A program made the translations under genes and the position numbers. 64,000 bases of DNA from an uncultured Collinsella sp. (GTDB lineage Bacteria > Actinomycetota > Coriobacteriia > Coriobacteriales > Coriobacteriaceae), in the NCBI GenBank assembly GCA_902462065.1, contig CABQAK010000004.1, forward strand, positions 16,396 to 80,395, in the 5' to 3' direction. The notes under the pieces were generated by a model that ran no database searches, had not been told where the DNA came from, and saw only the letters and a program-made list of their open reading frames with translations. How positions within the stretch are numbered: position 1 is the first letter of the stretch; the number at the start of each line of letters is the position of its first letter. Of the stretch, positions 8,937 to 17,998 are shown one piece after another.

Positions 8937-10067
8937 ATGCCCAACAAACCCGTGAAGATCATCATGCTTACCGGATACCTCGGTGCCGGCAAGACCACGC
9001 TGCTCAACCACATCCTCGCTAACGACGGCGGCATCCGCGCCGCCGTGATCGTCAACGATATCGGCGAGATCAACGTCGACGCCAGCCTTATCGCCGACGG
9101 CGGCCTTTCCGAGACCGACGACCTCATCCCGCTCACCAACGGCTGCATCTGCTGCACGCTTTCGGACGACCTTGCTAACCAGCTGCAGGGCATCGCCGAT
9201 TCGGGCAACTTCGACTACATCATCATCGAGGCTTCGGGCATTTGCGAGCCTATCCCCATCGCCTACACCATCTCGAGCTTCTGCGACGAGGCCAAGGTGG
9301 GCGGCGAGCCCAAGCTCGCGCTCGACAACATCGTGGCCGTGGTCGACTGCGCCCGCATGTACGACGAGTTCAATGGCGGCCGCGACCTGCTGGCAGAGGA
9401 TATCGACGAGGACGACATCGAAAGCCTGCTCATCCAGCAGATCGAGTTCTGCTCCACGCTGATCCTCAACAAGACCGATACCGTGAGCCCTGAGCAGATC
9501 GCCGAGCTCAAGGCCATCGTGCGCAGCCTGCAGAAGGACGCCGTGATCGTCGAGGCCCAAAACGGCGAGGTCCCCATGGAGGAGCTGCTCGACACCGACC
9601 GCTTCGACTTTATGCGCGCCTACAACTCCGCCGCCTGGATCGAAGCCATGGAGCACCCCGAGGAGCACGACGACCCCGAGGTGCTCGAGTACGACATCGA
9701 GACCTTTGTGTACTCGCGCCGCAAGCCGTTTGACCTGCAGAAGTTCACCGATTTTGTTGAGCAGGAGTGGCCCGACGAGGTCATCCGCGTCAAGGGTCCG
9801 CTGTGGCAGGCCAGCAATCCGGACATGTGCTACATGTTTGAGCAGGCCGGCCACCAGATGCGCCTGATGGAGAACGGCCTGTTTGTCGACTCGGCGCCCG
9901 AGGGCGAGAAGCAGAAAATCATCGACGAGAACCCCGAGATCATGCAAATTTGGGACGACGAGACGGGCGACCGCATGACGAGTCTGTGCATCATCGGCCG
10001 TCACATGGACAAGGATGCGCTCATCGCCTCCCTCGATGCTTGCCTGACCGACTGGCACCGCGCCTAG
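8937..10067 (+). CDS. CobW/COG0523 G3E-family GTPase (putative metallochaperone)
   Basis: Has the GYLGAGKTTLLN P-loop, the GCICC metal motif and a CobW C-terminal domain. The ATG at 8937 follows aaggaggg. Confidence 0.85.
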   Translation: MPNKPVKIIMLTGYLGAGKTTLLNHILANDGGIRAAVIVNDIGEINVDASLIADGGLSETDDLIPLTNGCICCTLSDDLANQLQGIADSGNFDYIIIEASGICEPIPIAYTISSFCDEAKVGGEPKLALDNIVAVVDCARMYDEFNGGRDLLAEDIDEDDIESLLIQQIEFCSTLILNKTDTVSPEQIAELKAIVRSLQKDAVIVEAQNGEVPMEELLDTDRFDFMRAYNSAAWIEAMEHPEEHDDPEVLEYDIETFVYSRRKPFDLQKFTDFVEQEWPDEVIRVKGPLWQASNPDMCYMFEQAGHQMRLMENGLFVDSAPEGEKQKIIDENPEIMQIWDDETGDRMTSLCIIGRHMDKDALIASLDACLTDWHRA

Positions 10068-10106
10068 GTTTATCCAAGCGGGCATTTGTCCGCCTACGTA
10101 ACCGCC

Positions 10107-10143
10107 AAACCACCACGAAGGTGCCCTTCGTGGTGGTTTTTCG
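10107..10143 (+). terminator. Intrinsic terminator
   Basis: A 15-bp stem (aaaccaccacgaagg pairs with ccttcgtggtggttt) followed by a T-tract. Confidence 0.75.
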
Positions 10144-10162
10144 TTCTGAGCCAAGGAGATTC

Positions 10163-10762
10163 ATGTTCAATATCGTGCTGTATGCGCCCGAGATTCCGGC
10201 CAATACGGGCAATATCGGCCGTACCTGCGTGGTCACCGGCGCCCATCTGCATCTGGTGGAGCCGCTGGGCTTTTCGCTCGACGACAAGACGGTGCGTCGC
10301 GCCGGCCTGGGCTACTGGCAAAACTTGGACGTGACGACCTATGCCGGCTGGGAGGATTTCCTTGCGCGCAACGGCCTCTCCCCCGCCGATGGTCGCCTGC
10401 ATCTGCTGACCAAAAAGGCGCGCCGGACCTATGCGCAAAGCACCTACCGCGACGGCGACTTTTTGGTCTTTGGCAGCGAGAGCTCGGGCATTCCCGAGGC
10501 ACTGCTTGCCGCGGCACCCGAGCGCTGCGAGCGCATCCCCATGCTGCGAGACTGTGACTCGCTCGACAACGCCGACGCCTGGGGAGCCCACGAGGAGTCG
10601 CTCGGGCATACCGAGGACAGCCACGAGGCCATCCTTCAGCAAGATATCTGTGGCAACTTCGTCAACCCCGACGACTACCGCATCAGCGCACTCAACCTCT
10701 CCAACAGCGCCGCCATCGTCCTGTACGAAGCACTGCGCCAGACAGGCTTTCCGGGAATGTGA
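10163..10762 (+). CDS. trmL: tRNA (cytidine/uridine-2'-O)-methyltransferase (SPOUT), carrying an insertion of about 40 aa
   Basis: MFNIVLYAPEIPANTGNIGRTC, RRAGLGYW, FGSESSGIP and LNLSNSAAIVLYEA all match TrmL. The ATG lies 5 nt after aaggag. Confidence 0.85.
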   Translation: MFNIVLYAPEIPANTGNIGRTCVVTGAHLHLVEPLGFSLDDKTVRRAGLGYWQNLDVTTYAGWEDFLARNGLSPADGRLHLLTKKARRTYAQSTYRDGDFLVFGSESSGIPEALLAAAPERCERIPMLRDCDSLDNADAWGAHEESLGHTEDSHEAILQQDICGNFVNPDDYRISALNLSNSAAIVLYEALRQTGFPGM

Positions 10763-10788
10763 CAAAGGGACAGTCCCTTTGTCACATT
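10756..10788. repeat. 33-bp conserved palindrome (family P)
   Basis: aatgtgacaaaggga cag tccctttgtcacatt, with 15-bp perfect arms. The trmL stop codon lies inside the left arm. Confidence 0.85.
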
Positions 10789-10881
10789 CAAACGCCATAT
10801 AGTTAAACGTAATTAATCGCTTTTAACTGAAATTAACTAGAATAAAATGAAGTTAACCCGAGACGCTAAAGGAAGGGCATT

Positions 10882-11982
10882 GTGAAATATCTCGAAAACC
10901 CGTTCACCCCTAGCTTTGGCGAGGTTCCCGCGCATCTTGCCGGAAGGCAGCAGATTATTCGTGATTTGGACCGTGCCTTCTTGAGCCAGCGCAGGCGCCC
11001 AGAACTGACCTCGATCTTCTCGGGGGCACGCGGAACCGGTAAAACCGCTCTCATGTCGTCGCTCGCGACAAGGGCGGAATCCCACGGCTGGATAGCCGTA
11101 AAGACGACCGCGCTCCCGGGAATGCTTGAGGAAATCGAGTTCGGGGCGAAACGTGCTGCCGGCCACCTCATCGACCCGTCTAACAACTTCGAAGTCACCG
11201 GTCTTGGAATTGCACCGCTCGGCAGCATCGAGGTCAATCGCGTTCACGATGCCTCAACCTGGCGTTATCGCATGAGCGACATCATCGACCAGCTCAACGA
11301 GGCGGGCACCGGTCTGCTCGTTACGGTTGACGAGGTGGATCCGACACTCGACGAGATGATTCAGCTCGCAGCGACATATCAGCACTTTGTGACCGATGGG
11401 AAACGCGTCGCGCTGCTCATGGCGGGACTTCCCAACAACGTCTCGACGTTGCTGAACCACAAGACGGTCTCGTTCCTTCGCCGCGCCCAACAATATCATC
11501 TGGGTCGCATTGCCGACTATGACGTGCGCGAGGCCTTGATTCGCACAATTCAGGAAAACGATCGCCTGGCAGATGTTGAGGGAATCGATAGAGCCGTTCG
11601 CTCGATCTCTGGTTTTCCCTTCCTATTGCAACTCGTAGGCTACCGTGCCTGGGACCTCACAAGTGATTCGAAGGAAATCTCGTCACGCGACTTTGACCTG
11701 GGAATCAAAATCGCGCGCGACGAGATGGACGACCGAATCCTCGCGGCAACCTATCGGGAACTCACGGCAGAGGACAAGCGATTCCTCATTGCCATGCTCG
11801 ATGACGAGGATGAGTCCACCACTGCTGACCTTGTCGAACGCCTCAAGCGTTCGCCGCAGCAGGTCTCCCGCTACCGACGCCGCATGATAGATGCCGGCAT
11901 CATTGGAGAACGAGGACGAGGGCTCGTCGCATTTGAATTGCCATTCTTCCGCGACTATCTCGCGGCTCAATGCGTGAAATAG
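10882..11982 (+). CDS. ORC/Cdc6-like AAA+ ATPase with a C-terminal winged-helix domain (COG1672-like)
   Basis: Walker A GARGTGKT and Walker B LLVTVDEVD. The C-terminal segment TTADLVERLKRSPQQVSRYRRRMIDAGII looks like a wHTH. GTG start after aaaggaaggg. Confidence 0.75.
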   Translation: MKYLENPFTPSFGEVPAHLAGRQQIIRDLDRAFLSQRRRPELTSIFSGARGTGKTALMSSLATRAESHGWIAVKTTALPGMLEEIEFGAKRAAGHLIDPSNNFEVTGLGIAPLGSIEVNRVHDASTWRYRMSDIIDQLNEAGTGLLVTVDEVDPTLDEMIQLAATYQHFVTDGKRVALLMAGLPNNVSTLLNHKTVSFLRRAQQYHLGRIADYDVREALIRTIQENDRLADVEGIDRAVRSISGFPFLLQLVGYRAWDLTSDSKEISSRDFDLGIKIARDEMDDRILAATYRELTAEDKRFLIAMLDDEDESTTADLVERLKRSPQQVSRYRRRMIDAGIIGERGRGLVAFELPFFRDYLAAQCVK

Positions 11983-11987
11983 GCATC

Positions 11988-12020
11988 AATGAGGCAAAGG
12001 GGCTGTCCCTTTGCCTCATT
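11988..12020. repeat. 33-bp conserved palindrome (family P), a compensated variant
   Basis: aatgaggcaaaggg gctgt ccctttgcctcatt. Both arms carry matching changes relative to the other copies. Confidence 0.8.
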
Positions 12021-12022
12021 GT

Positions 12023-14527
12023 CTATAGATAACGGCCGGTAATGCTCTTGGGGCAGGCCGTGATATCCGCCGGCGTGCCGGCGCAGACGATTTGTCCGCC
12101 GGCGTCTCCACCGCCTGGGCCCATGTCGATCACGTAATCGGCGTTACGGATAAGGTCGAGGTCATGCTCGATCACGACAACTGTGGCGCCCTTGGCAACG
12201 AGGCCGTCGAACACACTCAGCAACACCTGAACATCGAGCGGATGTAGTCCGATCGTGGGCTCGTCGAACACGAATACGGCATCGTCCTGCACACGGCCCA
12301 TCTCGCTCGCGAGCTTAAGGCGCTGCGCCTCGCCGCCCGAAAGCGCCGGCGTGGGCTCACCGAGCGTGAGATAGCCCAAGCCCAGGTCGTGCAAGGTCTG
12401 CAAGCGCGCCTGAACCTTCTTGAGTCCCACCGTGGCGTCGAGGGCCTCGTCCACACTCATGTCCATGAGCTGCGGCAACGTAAGCAGGCTCCCGTCCTTG
12501 CCCTCGCGATGGATATGCGAGGCGGCCGCGGCGTAGCGCGAACCACGGCATGCCGGGCAGACGATCTCGACATCGGGCAAAAACTGCACGTCGAGCGATA
12601 TCGAGCCCGTGCCGTCACACGTAGGGCAGCGCAAGGCGCCGGTGTTGTAGCTAAAGGCGCCCGCCTTGTAGCCGGCTGCCTTGGCCTCGGGCGTACGGGC
12701 AAGGGCGCGGCGCAGCTCATCATGGATGTCGGCATAGGTTGCGACCGTCGAGCGCACGTTGGCGCCGATGGGCGTAGCATCAATCAGGTTTGCGCGAGCA
12801 ATGCCTTCGGCATCAACCCAACGCACGTGTCTTGGCAGGCGCTCGCCGGCTGCCTGCGCCTTGAGTGCCGGGATAAGTGTCTCGAGCACCAACGTCGTCT
12901 TGCCCGAACCCGAAACGCCCGTCACCGCGACAAGGCGGCCGCGCGGGATATCGACTTCGAGCGGCTTGACGGTATGAATGGTATCGGTTGCCATGCGGAT
13001 GTGGCCCTGGTCGAACATTTCGTCGTCAGTCACCTGCGGACGCAAGCGCTTGGGCTCGGCGCGCAAAAACGGCGCGATACGGCTGCCCTGCGATTGTTCG
13101 ACCTCGTCCACCGTACCAGCAGCGATCACGTTGCCGCCGCCCGCTCCGGCAACGGGGCCCATCTCGACCAAATAGTCGGCTTCCGCCAGTACGCGCGTAT
13201 CGTGGTCGACAACAACCACGGTGTTGCCGTCATCCACCAGATCGCGCATCACACCTACCAAGCCGTCGACATTGGCAGGATGCAAGCCGATCGAGGGCTC
13301 ATCTAGCACATAAAGCACGCCCGTCGATCGGTTGCGCACCACGCGGGCGAGCTGAACGCGCTGACGCTCGCCCGTGGAAAGCGTGGCACCGGCGCGATCG
13401 AGCGAAAGGTAATCGAGACCCAGATCGACCAGACGACGGGCCGCGCCCAAAAATGAATCGCAGATATCCGCTGCCATGGGCTGCATCTCGGCCGGCAAGG
13501 ACGTAGGCACCCCGCGCACCCACTCAATCGCCTCACCCAGCGTCATGGCCGCCGCCTGTGCCAGATTGATACCGCGCACCTGGGGCTGGCGCGCAGCCTC
13601 GGAGAGACGCGTGCCGCCACAGTCGCGACATGGCCCCTCGCGCAAAAAGCGCGCAACGCGCTTGAGGCCCTTGTCGTCCTTAACCTTGGCGAGCGCATTC
13701 TCAACGGTATAGACGGCGTTGTAATAGGTGAAGTCGAGCGGCGTGGCGCCCTCACCGTTTTTTGGAACGTAGAGAATGTGCTTTTTAACCGCCGGACCAT
13801 GGAACACGATGTCGCGCTCTTGAGGCGTAAGCTGGTTAAACGGCACGTCGGTGCGCACGCCCATCTCGCCGGCCACCTGCTTCATCAGATCCCACATGAG
13901 CGTGCCCCAAGGAAGCACCGCGCCCTCGTTGATAGTCTTCGACTCATCGGGCACCAGGCTCGCCTCGTCCACCTCGCGCATAACGCCTGTGCCGCCACAA
14001 GTGGGACACGCGCCGCCGCTATTGAAAGCCAAATCCTCGGCACTCGGCGCGTAGAACTCGCGGTCGCATGTCGGACACGTGAGCGACAGGCCTGCGGCCA
14101 CGTTAAGGCTCGGCTCCACGCGCGCCCCGCAGTGCGGGCACACGTGATGGGCGCAGCGGCTAAAGAGCAGACGCAGGCTATTGTTGAGCTCGGTCATGGT
14201 GCCAAAAGTGGAACGCACGCCCGGCACGCTGGGGCGCTGATGCAATGCGAGCGCCGCCGGTACGTGCAGCACCTCGTCCACCTGGGCGTGCTCGGCCTGC
14301 GTCAGACGACGGCGGGTATAGGTGCTGAGTGCTTCCAAGTAGCGACGCGAGCCCTCAGCATAAAGAACCCCCAGCGCCAGCGAACTCTTGCCCGAACCCG
14401 ATACGCCGGCAATACCCACGAGCTTTCCCAGCGGAATGTCGATATCGATGTCCTTGAGGTTGTGTACACGCGCTCCACGCACTTCGATAGCCTGCGGGCT
14501 CATCTTCTGTTCTGTCACCTTTATCAC
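12023..14527 (-). CDS. UvrA paralog (short, class-II-like excinuclease ABC subunit A family)
   Basis: Two ABC modules (GVSGSGKSSL / GVSGSGKTTL; LSTGERQRVQLA / LSGGEAQRLKLA) and several CxxC zinc modules. At 834 aa it is about 100 aa shorter than canonical UvrA. An alternative start is the ATG at 14503. Confidence 0.85.
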   Translation of the reverse strand: MIKVTEQKMSPQAIEVRGARVHNLKDIDIDIPLGKLVGIAGVSGSGKSSLALGVLYAEGSRRYLEALSTYTRRRLTQAEHAQVDEVLHVPAALALHQRPSVPGVRSTFGTMTELNNSLRLLFSRCAHHVCPHCGARVEPSLNVAAGLSLTCPTCDREFYAPSAEDLAFNSGGACPTCGGTGVMREVDEASLVPDESKTINEGAVLPWGTLMWDLMKQVAGEMGVRTDVPFNQLTPQERDIVFHGPAVKKHILYVPKNGEGATPLDFTYYNAVYTVENALAKVKDDKGLKRVARFLREGPCRDCGGTRLSEAARQPQVRGINLAQAAAMTLGEAIEWVRGVPTSLPAEMQPMAADICDSFLGAARRLVDLGLDYLSLDRAGATLSTGERQRVQLARVVRNRSTGVLYVLDEPSIGLHPANVDGLVGVMRDLVDDGNTVVVVDHDTRVLAEADYLVEMGPVAGAGGGNVIAAGTVDEVEQSQGSRIAPFLRAEPKRLRPQVTDDEMFDQGHIRMATDTIHTVKPLEVDIPRGRLVAVTGVSGSGKTTLVLETLIPALKAQAAGERLPRHVRWVDAEGIARANLIDATPIGANVRSTVATYADIHDELRRALARTPEAKAAGYKAGAFSYNTGALRCPTCDGTGSISLDVQFLPDVEIVCPACRGSRYAAAASHIHREGKDGSLLTLPQLMDMSVDEALDATVGLKKVQARLQTLHDLGLGYLTLGEPTPALSGGEAQRLKLASEMGRVQDDAVFVFDEPTIGLHPLDVQVLLSVFDGLVAKGATVVVIEHDLDLIRNADYVIDMGPGGGDAGGQIVCAGTPADITACPKSITGRYL

Positions 14528-14528
14528 C

Positions 14529-15647
14529 CTACTCGTGCCATAAAATGCGATCGCTAATGTACGCGCCCAGCATGGGCACGGTAAATCGGACGAGGCCGTA
14601 TCCGGCAGCTTCGATGACGCGCTCGCGAATCAGACTTGCGCGATATTTACTCGCCCAACTCTGAGTACGGTCGCAACGCTCAATGATGTCCGCCATGCGC
14701 GTCGGCTTGCCCTCGTCAGCCGCCATAGCCTCGATAAAGAGGCGCTGCGGACTGCGCAACCCGTAATACAAGGGAGCGTCCACTGCTTCATAGAACTCGG
14801 AGATGGCATCCGCGTGCCCAGCCTCAACATCGCGCTCTTCAATGACCTGCGAGTCACGCCGAACGGCAGACCGCCACATGTAATATCCCACGAGCTGAAC
14901 CATATAGGGATGCCCCATGCTCTTGTGTGCCGCAAGGTCCGCCGTCTCCGCGTCAACGTAAAGGCCAGCGTCTTTGACCGTCTGGATATATGAATCACGC
15001 ACCTTGGGCAAAGATATCGCCCCCAGCGTACGCTGCTGGGCACGCCGCAAAAACGTCACGCTCGGCTCTTCGAGCAGATCGTCAACCATGCTGGGCAAGC
15101 CGGCGAACACCAGCGCAAGACCGCGCTGGTCGCCATCGGACAAGCCCGTGGCATCCTGGTCTCCGAGCACCTGCTGATAGAGAACGGCAAGAGCCGCTAG
15201 TTCCTCGATAGACGCAGATTGCGCCTCGTCAATCGCAAACAGTATGCCCTTGCCTGGACTGAGCTTCTTGAGGCGCTCGTTGACCAGCCCTCGCAACGTT
15301 TCGCCCTTTGCTCGCGCCGCCTCGACCGACATCCGGCCAAACGACGGACCGAATTCCATTGACGTCACAACGGGCCTATTCGAGCGAAGCGCGTCGGCCA
15401 AGCGGTCGCATAAGCCAAGCGAAGCGGAATCGGAGACAACCGCCCATCCGCGCTCGCTGGCCAGACGTTGCAGCTCCCGCAGGAGAACCGTCTTGCCGCA
15501 GCCGCGGTTTCCCGTAATAAGCATGAGCCTGCCCGGCGCTCCAGCGCCGTTATCGAGCCCTTCCTCGAAATCTTCGATGACCGACTCGCGACCGATGAGT
15601 ATCGGAGGCCGCTTGCCAGCCGTGGGCTTAAAGGGATTTGGATTCAT
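14529..15647 (-). CDS. ORC/Cdc6-like AAA+ ATPase with a C-terminal wHTH, a paralog of 10882-11982
   Basis: Walker A GNRGCGKT and Walker B ILFAIDEAQ, with shared FLRRAQQ and Q(L)VGY motifs. The ATG follows gaggagg. Its stop lies 1 nt from the uvrA-paralog GTG. Confidence 0.75.
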   Translation of the reverse strand: MNPNPFKPTAGKRPPILIGRESVIEDFEEGLDNGAGAPGRLMLITGNRGCGKTVLLRELQRLASERGWAVVSDSASLGLCDRLADALRSNRPVVTSMEFGPSFGRMSVEAARAKGETLRGLVNERLKKLSPGKGILFAIDEAQSASIEELAALAVLYQQVLGDQDATGLSDGDQRGLALVFAGLPSMVDDLLEEPSVTFLRRAQQRTLGAISLPKVRDSYIQTVKDAGLYVDAETADLAAHKSMGHPYMVQLVGYYMWRSAVRRDSQVIEERDVEAGHADAISEFYEAVDAPLYYGLRSPQRLFIEAMAADEGKPTRMADIIERCDRTQSWASKYRASLIRERVIEAAGYGLVRFTVPMLGAYISDRILWHE

Positions 15648-15713
15648 GTCGGCCTCCTCGGATCGGTAAACCCTGGTAATAGTTATACCAACTTATACCG
15701 AGTTATACCAATA

Positions 15714-15746
15714 GCATGTAACAAAGGAACTGCCCCTTTGTCACAT
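15714..15746. repeat. 33-bp conserved palindrome (family P)
   Basis: catgtaacaaagg aactgcc cctttgtcacatg. The stop codon of the Tet(M)-like gene lies inside the right arm. Confidence 0.75.
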
Positions 15747-17744
15747 GTGGCCGAAAAACTCCGCGTCTGCTGCTCGCCAGGGGCGGAAGGTGGCGGGACC
15801 GACCTTTACGTGTGCCGCGGCGGGTACGTCGTACCATTTGACCGTGTAACCGGCGCCGTGAGAGCAAAAGACCGAGTCGGGCGTGTTGGGCAGATCGGCC
15901 TCGGGCTCATAGGCGGCCGTCTCGATTACGTGCTCGGCATCATGGCAAGCCGCATAGCCGGCGAACTCCAGGTACAGATGCCCGCGACCGCTCGTGTAGG
16001 CAGCCACCTCCAGCGCATAATCCTGAACCTCGGATGCCGGCACGCGACCCACAAGCTTCGCTCGGTCGCCCGCCATCGTCGGCGGCTCGTACTCGGCACC
16101 CATGCGCGTGGCATCCGAGAGCGCCCGGCCCACGCACTCCCCCGGCACCTCGAGCTCAAAGTGGTACCACGGCTCCAACAGCACCGCCGCGCCGGCCTCA
16201 CGTGCCCGCATGAGCCCCTGGCGAATCGCGCGATACGTGGCCTGGCGAAAATCGCCGCCCTCGGTGTGTTTGGCATGCGCGCGGCCGCCTGTGAGCGTAA
16301 TGCGCACATCGGTGATGGGCGAGCCGGTCAGCACGCCCAGGTGATCGCGCTCCATGGCATTGGTGAGCGCCAAACGCTGCCAGTTAAGATCGAGCTCGTC
16401 GGTCGAGGTCACGGTGCCAAACTGCACGCCCGAGCCCGCCGGCAACGGCTCCAGGCGCAGATGCACCTCGGCATAGTGGCGCAGTGGCTCAAAGTGGCCC
16501 ACGCCCTCGACCGACTGCGAAATGGTCTCCTTATAGAGGATGCCGCCGGGCTCAAACTCGACCGCAAGGCCAAAACGATCGGCCAGCGCGCGCTGCACGA
16601 CCTCGAGCTGCACCGCTCCCATGAGCTGCAGATGTATTTGTTCAAGATGCGTATTCCAGCTTACGCCGAGCATGGGATCTTCGTCCGCCAACTCAGTCAA
16701 CGCTTTGAACACCGTATGGACATCGTGTTCGCCCGGAAGCACCGTATAGGTGAGGACTGGCGCAATGACGGGCGCATCGCCCGCAGGCTCCGCGCCCAGG
16801 GCGTCCCCTGGGCGAACGTGCGCAAGACCCGTCACGGCACAAATACCGCCAGCAGCAATTTCTTGGGCAAGCTCATACTTCTCGCCGTTATAGATGCGTA
16901 CCTGATCGACCTTTTGCTCCCATGCCTCGGCACCGGAACGTCCGTCAATCATCTGCTTGGCATGCAGTGTGCCGCCGGTTACTTTAACCCATGCCAAGCG
17001 CTCGCCGCGATCCCCGCGGCTGACACGATAGACGCGCGCGGCAAACTCCGGGAGCCACGCCTGTTCACGCATCAGCGCGCATATGCCATCCAGCAACTCG
17101 TCCACGCCTTGGTCCTTGAGCGCCGACCCGGCAAAACAGGGAAAGAGCTTGCGCTCGGCAACCATGCGCGACAGCGTCGCGACGGAAAGCTCACCCGCCT
17201 CAAGAAACTCCTCGAGCGCTTCTTCGTCTAACGCGGCAGCGTCCTCCTGAACGGCCCCGCCCGCCAGCAGTTCTCCGGCATCCAGGCAGCCCTCGGAGAG
17301 ACGTTGCCCAAGTTGTGCCAGCAAAACATCGCGGCCGGGATTCTCCAAATCGATTTTGTTGATGAAGATGAATGTCGGGATGTCATAACGTGCAAGCAGG
17401 CGCCACAGGGTTTCGGTGTGTCCCTGCACGCCGTCGTTGGCACCCACAACCAAAATCGCATAGTCAAGCGCGCGCAGCGTGCGCTCCGCCTCGGCCGAAA
17501 AATCGACGTGGCCGGGAGCGTCCACGAGCATAACGTGGGTGTCACCGTGGTCGAGCACGGCCTGCGACGAAAAAATCGTGATGCCACGCTCGCGCTCGAT
17601 CGCGTTCGTGTCCAGATGCGAATCGCCATCGTCCACGCGGCCGCGCTTGCGAATGCGACCCGCGTTGAACAGCATGACCTCGGCCAACGTGGTCTTGCCG
17701 GCATCGACGTGCGCCAAGATTCCAACGACCGCTTGCTTCGACAT
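15741..17744 (-). CDS. Tet(M)/Tet(O)-like translation-factor GTPase (ribosomal-protection-protein family)
   Basis: G motifs AHVDAGKTT, DAPGH and NKID, with an EF-G-like domain order. The ATG at 17744 follows aggagag. The track start at 17813 adds 23 implausible residues. Confidence 0.85.
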   Translation of the reverse strand: MSKQAVVGILAHVDAGKTTLAEVMLFNAGRIRKRGRVDDGDSHLDTNAIERERGITIFSSQAVLDHGDTHVMLVDAPGHVDFSAEAERTLRALDYAILVVGANDGVQGHTETLWRLLARYDIPTFIFINKIDLENPGRDVLLAQLGQRLSEGCLDAGELLAGGAVQEDAAALDEEALEEFLEAGELSVATLSRMVAERKLFPCFAGSALKDQGVDELLDGICALMREQAWLPEFAARVYRVSRGDRGERLAWVKVTGGTLHAKQMIDGRSGAEAWEQKVDQVRIYNGEKYELAQEIAAGGICAVTGLAHVRPGDALGAEPAGDAPVIAPVLTYTVLPGEHDVHTVFKALTELADEDPMLGVSWNTHLEQIHLQLMGAVQLEVVQRALADRFGLAVEFEPGGILYKETISQSVEGVGHFEPLRHYAEVHLRLEPLPAGSGVQFGTVTSTDELDLNWQRLALTNAMERDHLGVLTGSPITDVRITLTGGRAHAKHTEGGDFRQATYRAIRQGLMRAREAGAAVLLEPWYHFELEVPGECVGRALSDATRMGAEYEPPTMAGDRAKLVGRVPASEVQDYALEVAAYTSGRGHLYLEFAGYAACHDAEHVIETAAYEPEADLPNTPDSVFCSHGAGYTVKWYDVPAAAHVKVGPATFRPWRAADAEFFGHM

Positions 17745-17932
17745 GGCTCTCCTCTTATTGCAAGCCCATCGCACGCGGCAACGGGCGTTCACGCTCCACA
17801 CTGGATGATACAATTTACGGGCCGGCGGGCGAAGCGGGCCCTATCCCCCGACCAAGCTCATCGCCCTGCGTTGCCGCGCGGCGATTTTCGTAGGTTCGCG
17901 CCTTGCGAAAGCCGGCTTGCAAATCAGCGCAG

Positions 17933-17970
17933 CGAACGAAAATGGCCCCACCCGGGACCATTTTCGTTCG
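17933..17970 (-). terminator. Terminator hairpin downstream of the GNAT gene
   Basis: cgaacgaaaatggccc pairs with gggaccattttcgttcg. Confidence 0.6.
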
Positions 17971-17998
17971 TGCGAATTGTTGACACGTGCCCCTACTC

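Noticed and set aside
8817-10154. 445-aa ORF antisense to the CobW-like gene
   Set aside because: A shadow ORF. The opposite strand carries a P-loop, a CICC motif and a proper RBS.
9950-10162. N-terminal extension of trmL (track start 9950)
   Set aside because: It would overlap the end of the CobW gene and its terminator. The ATG at 10163 has a consensus RBS and matches the TrmL N-terminus.
15468-17231. 587-aa ORF antisense to the Tet(M)-like GTPase gene
   Set aside because: A shadow ORF with no recognisable domain and skewed composition.
15741-17744. Calling the GTPase a bona fide acquired tet(M)/tet(W) resistance gene on a conjugative transposon
   Set aside because: No Tn916-like genes, integrase or relaxase are nearby. 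The sequence is only family-level similar, so I report it as a Tet-like translation-factor GTPase.
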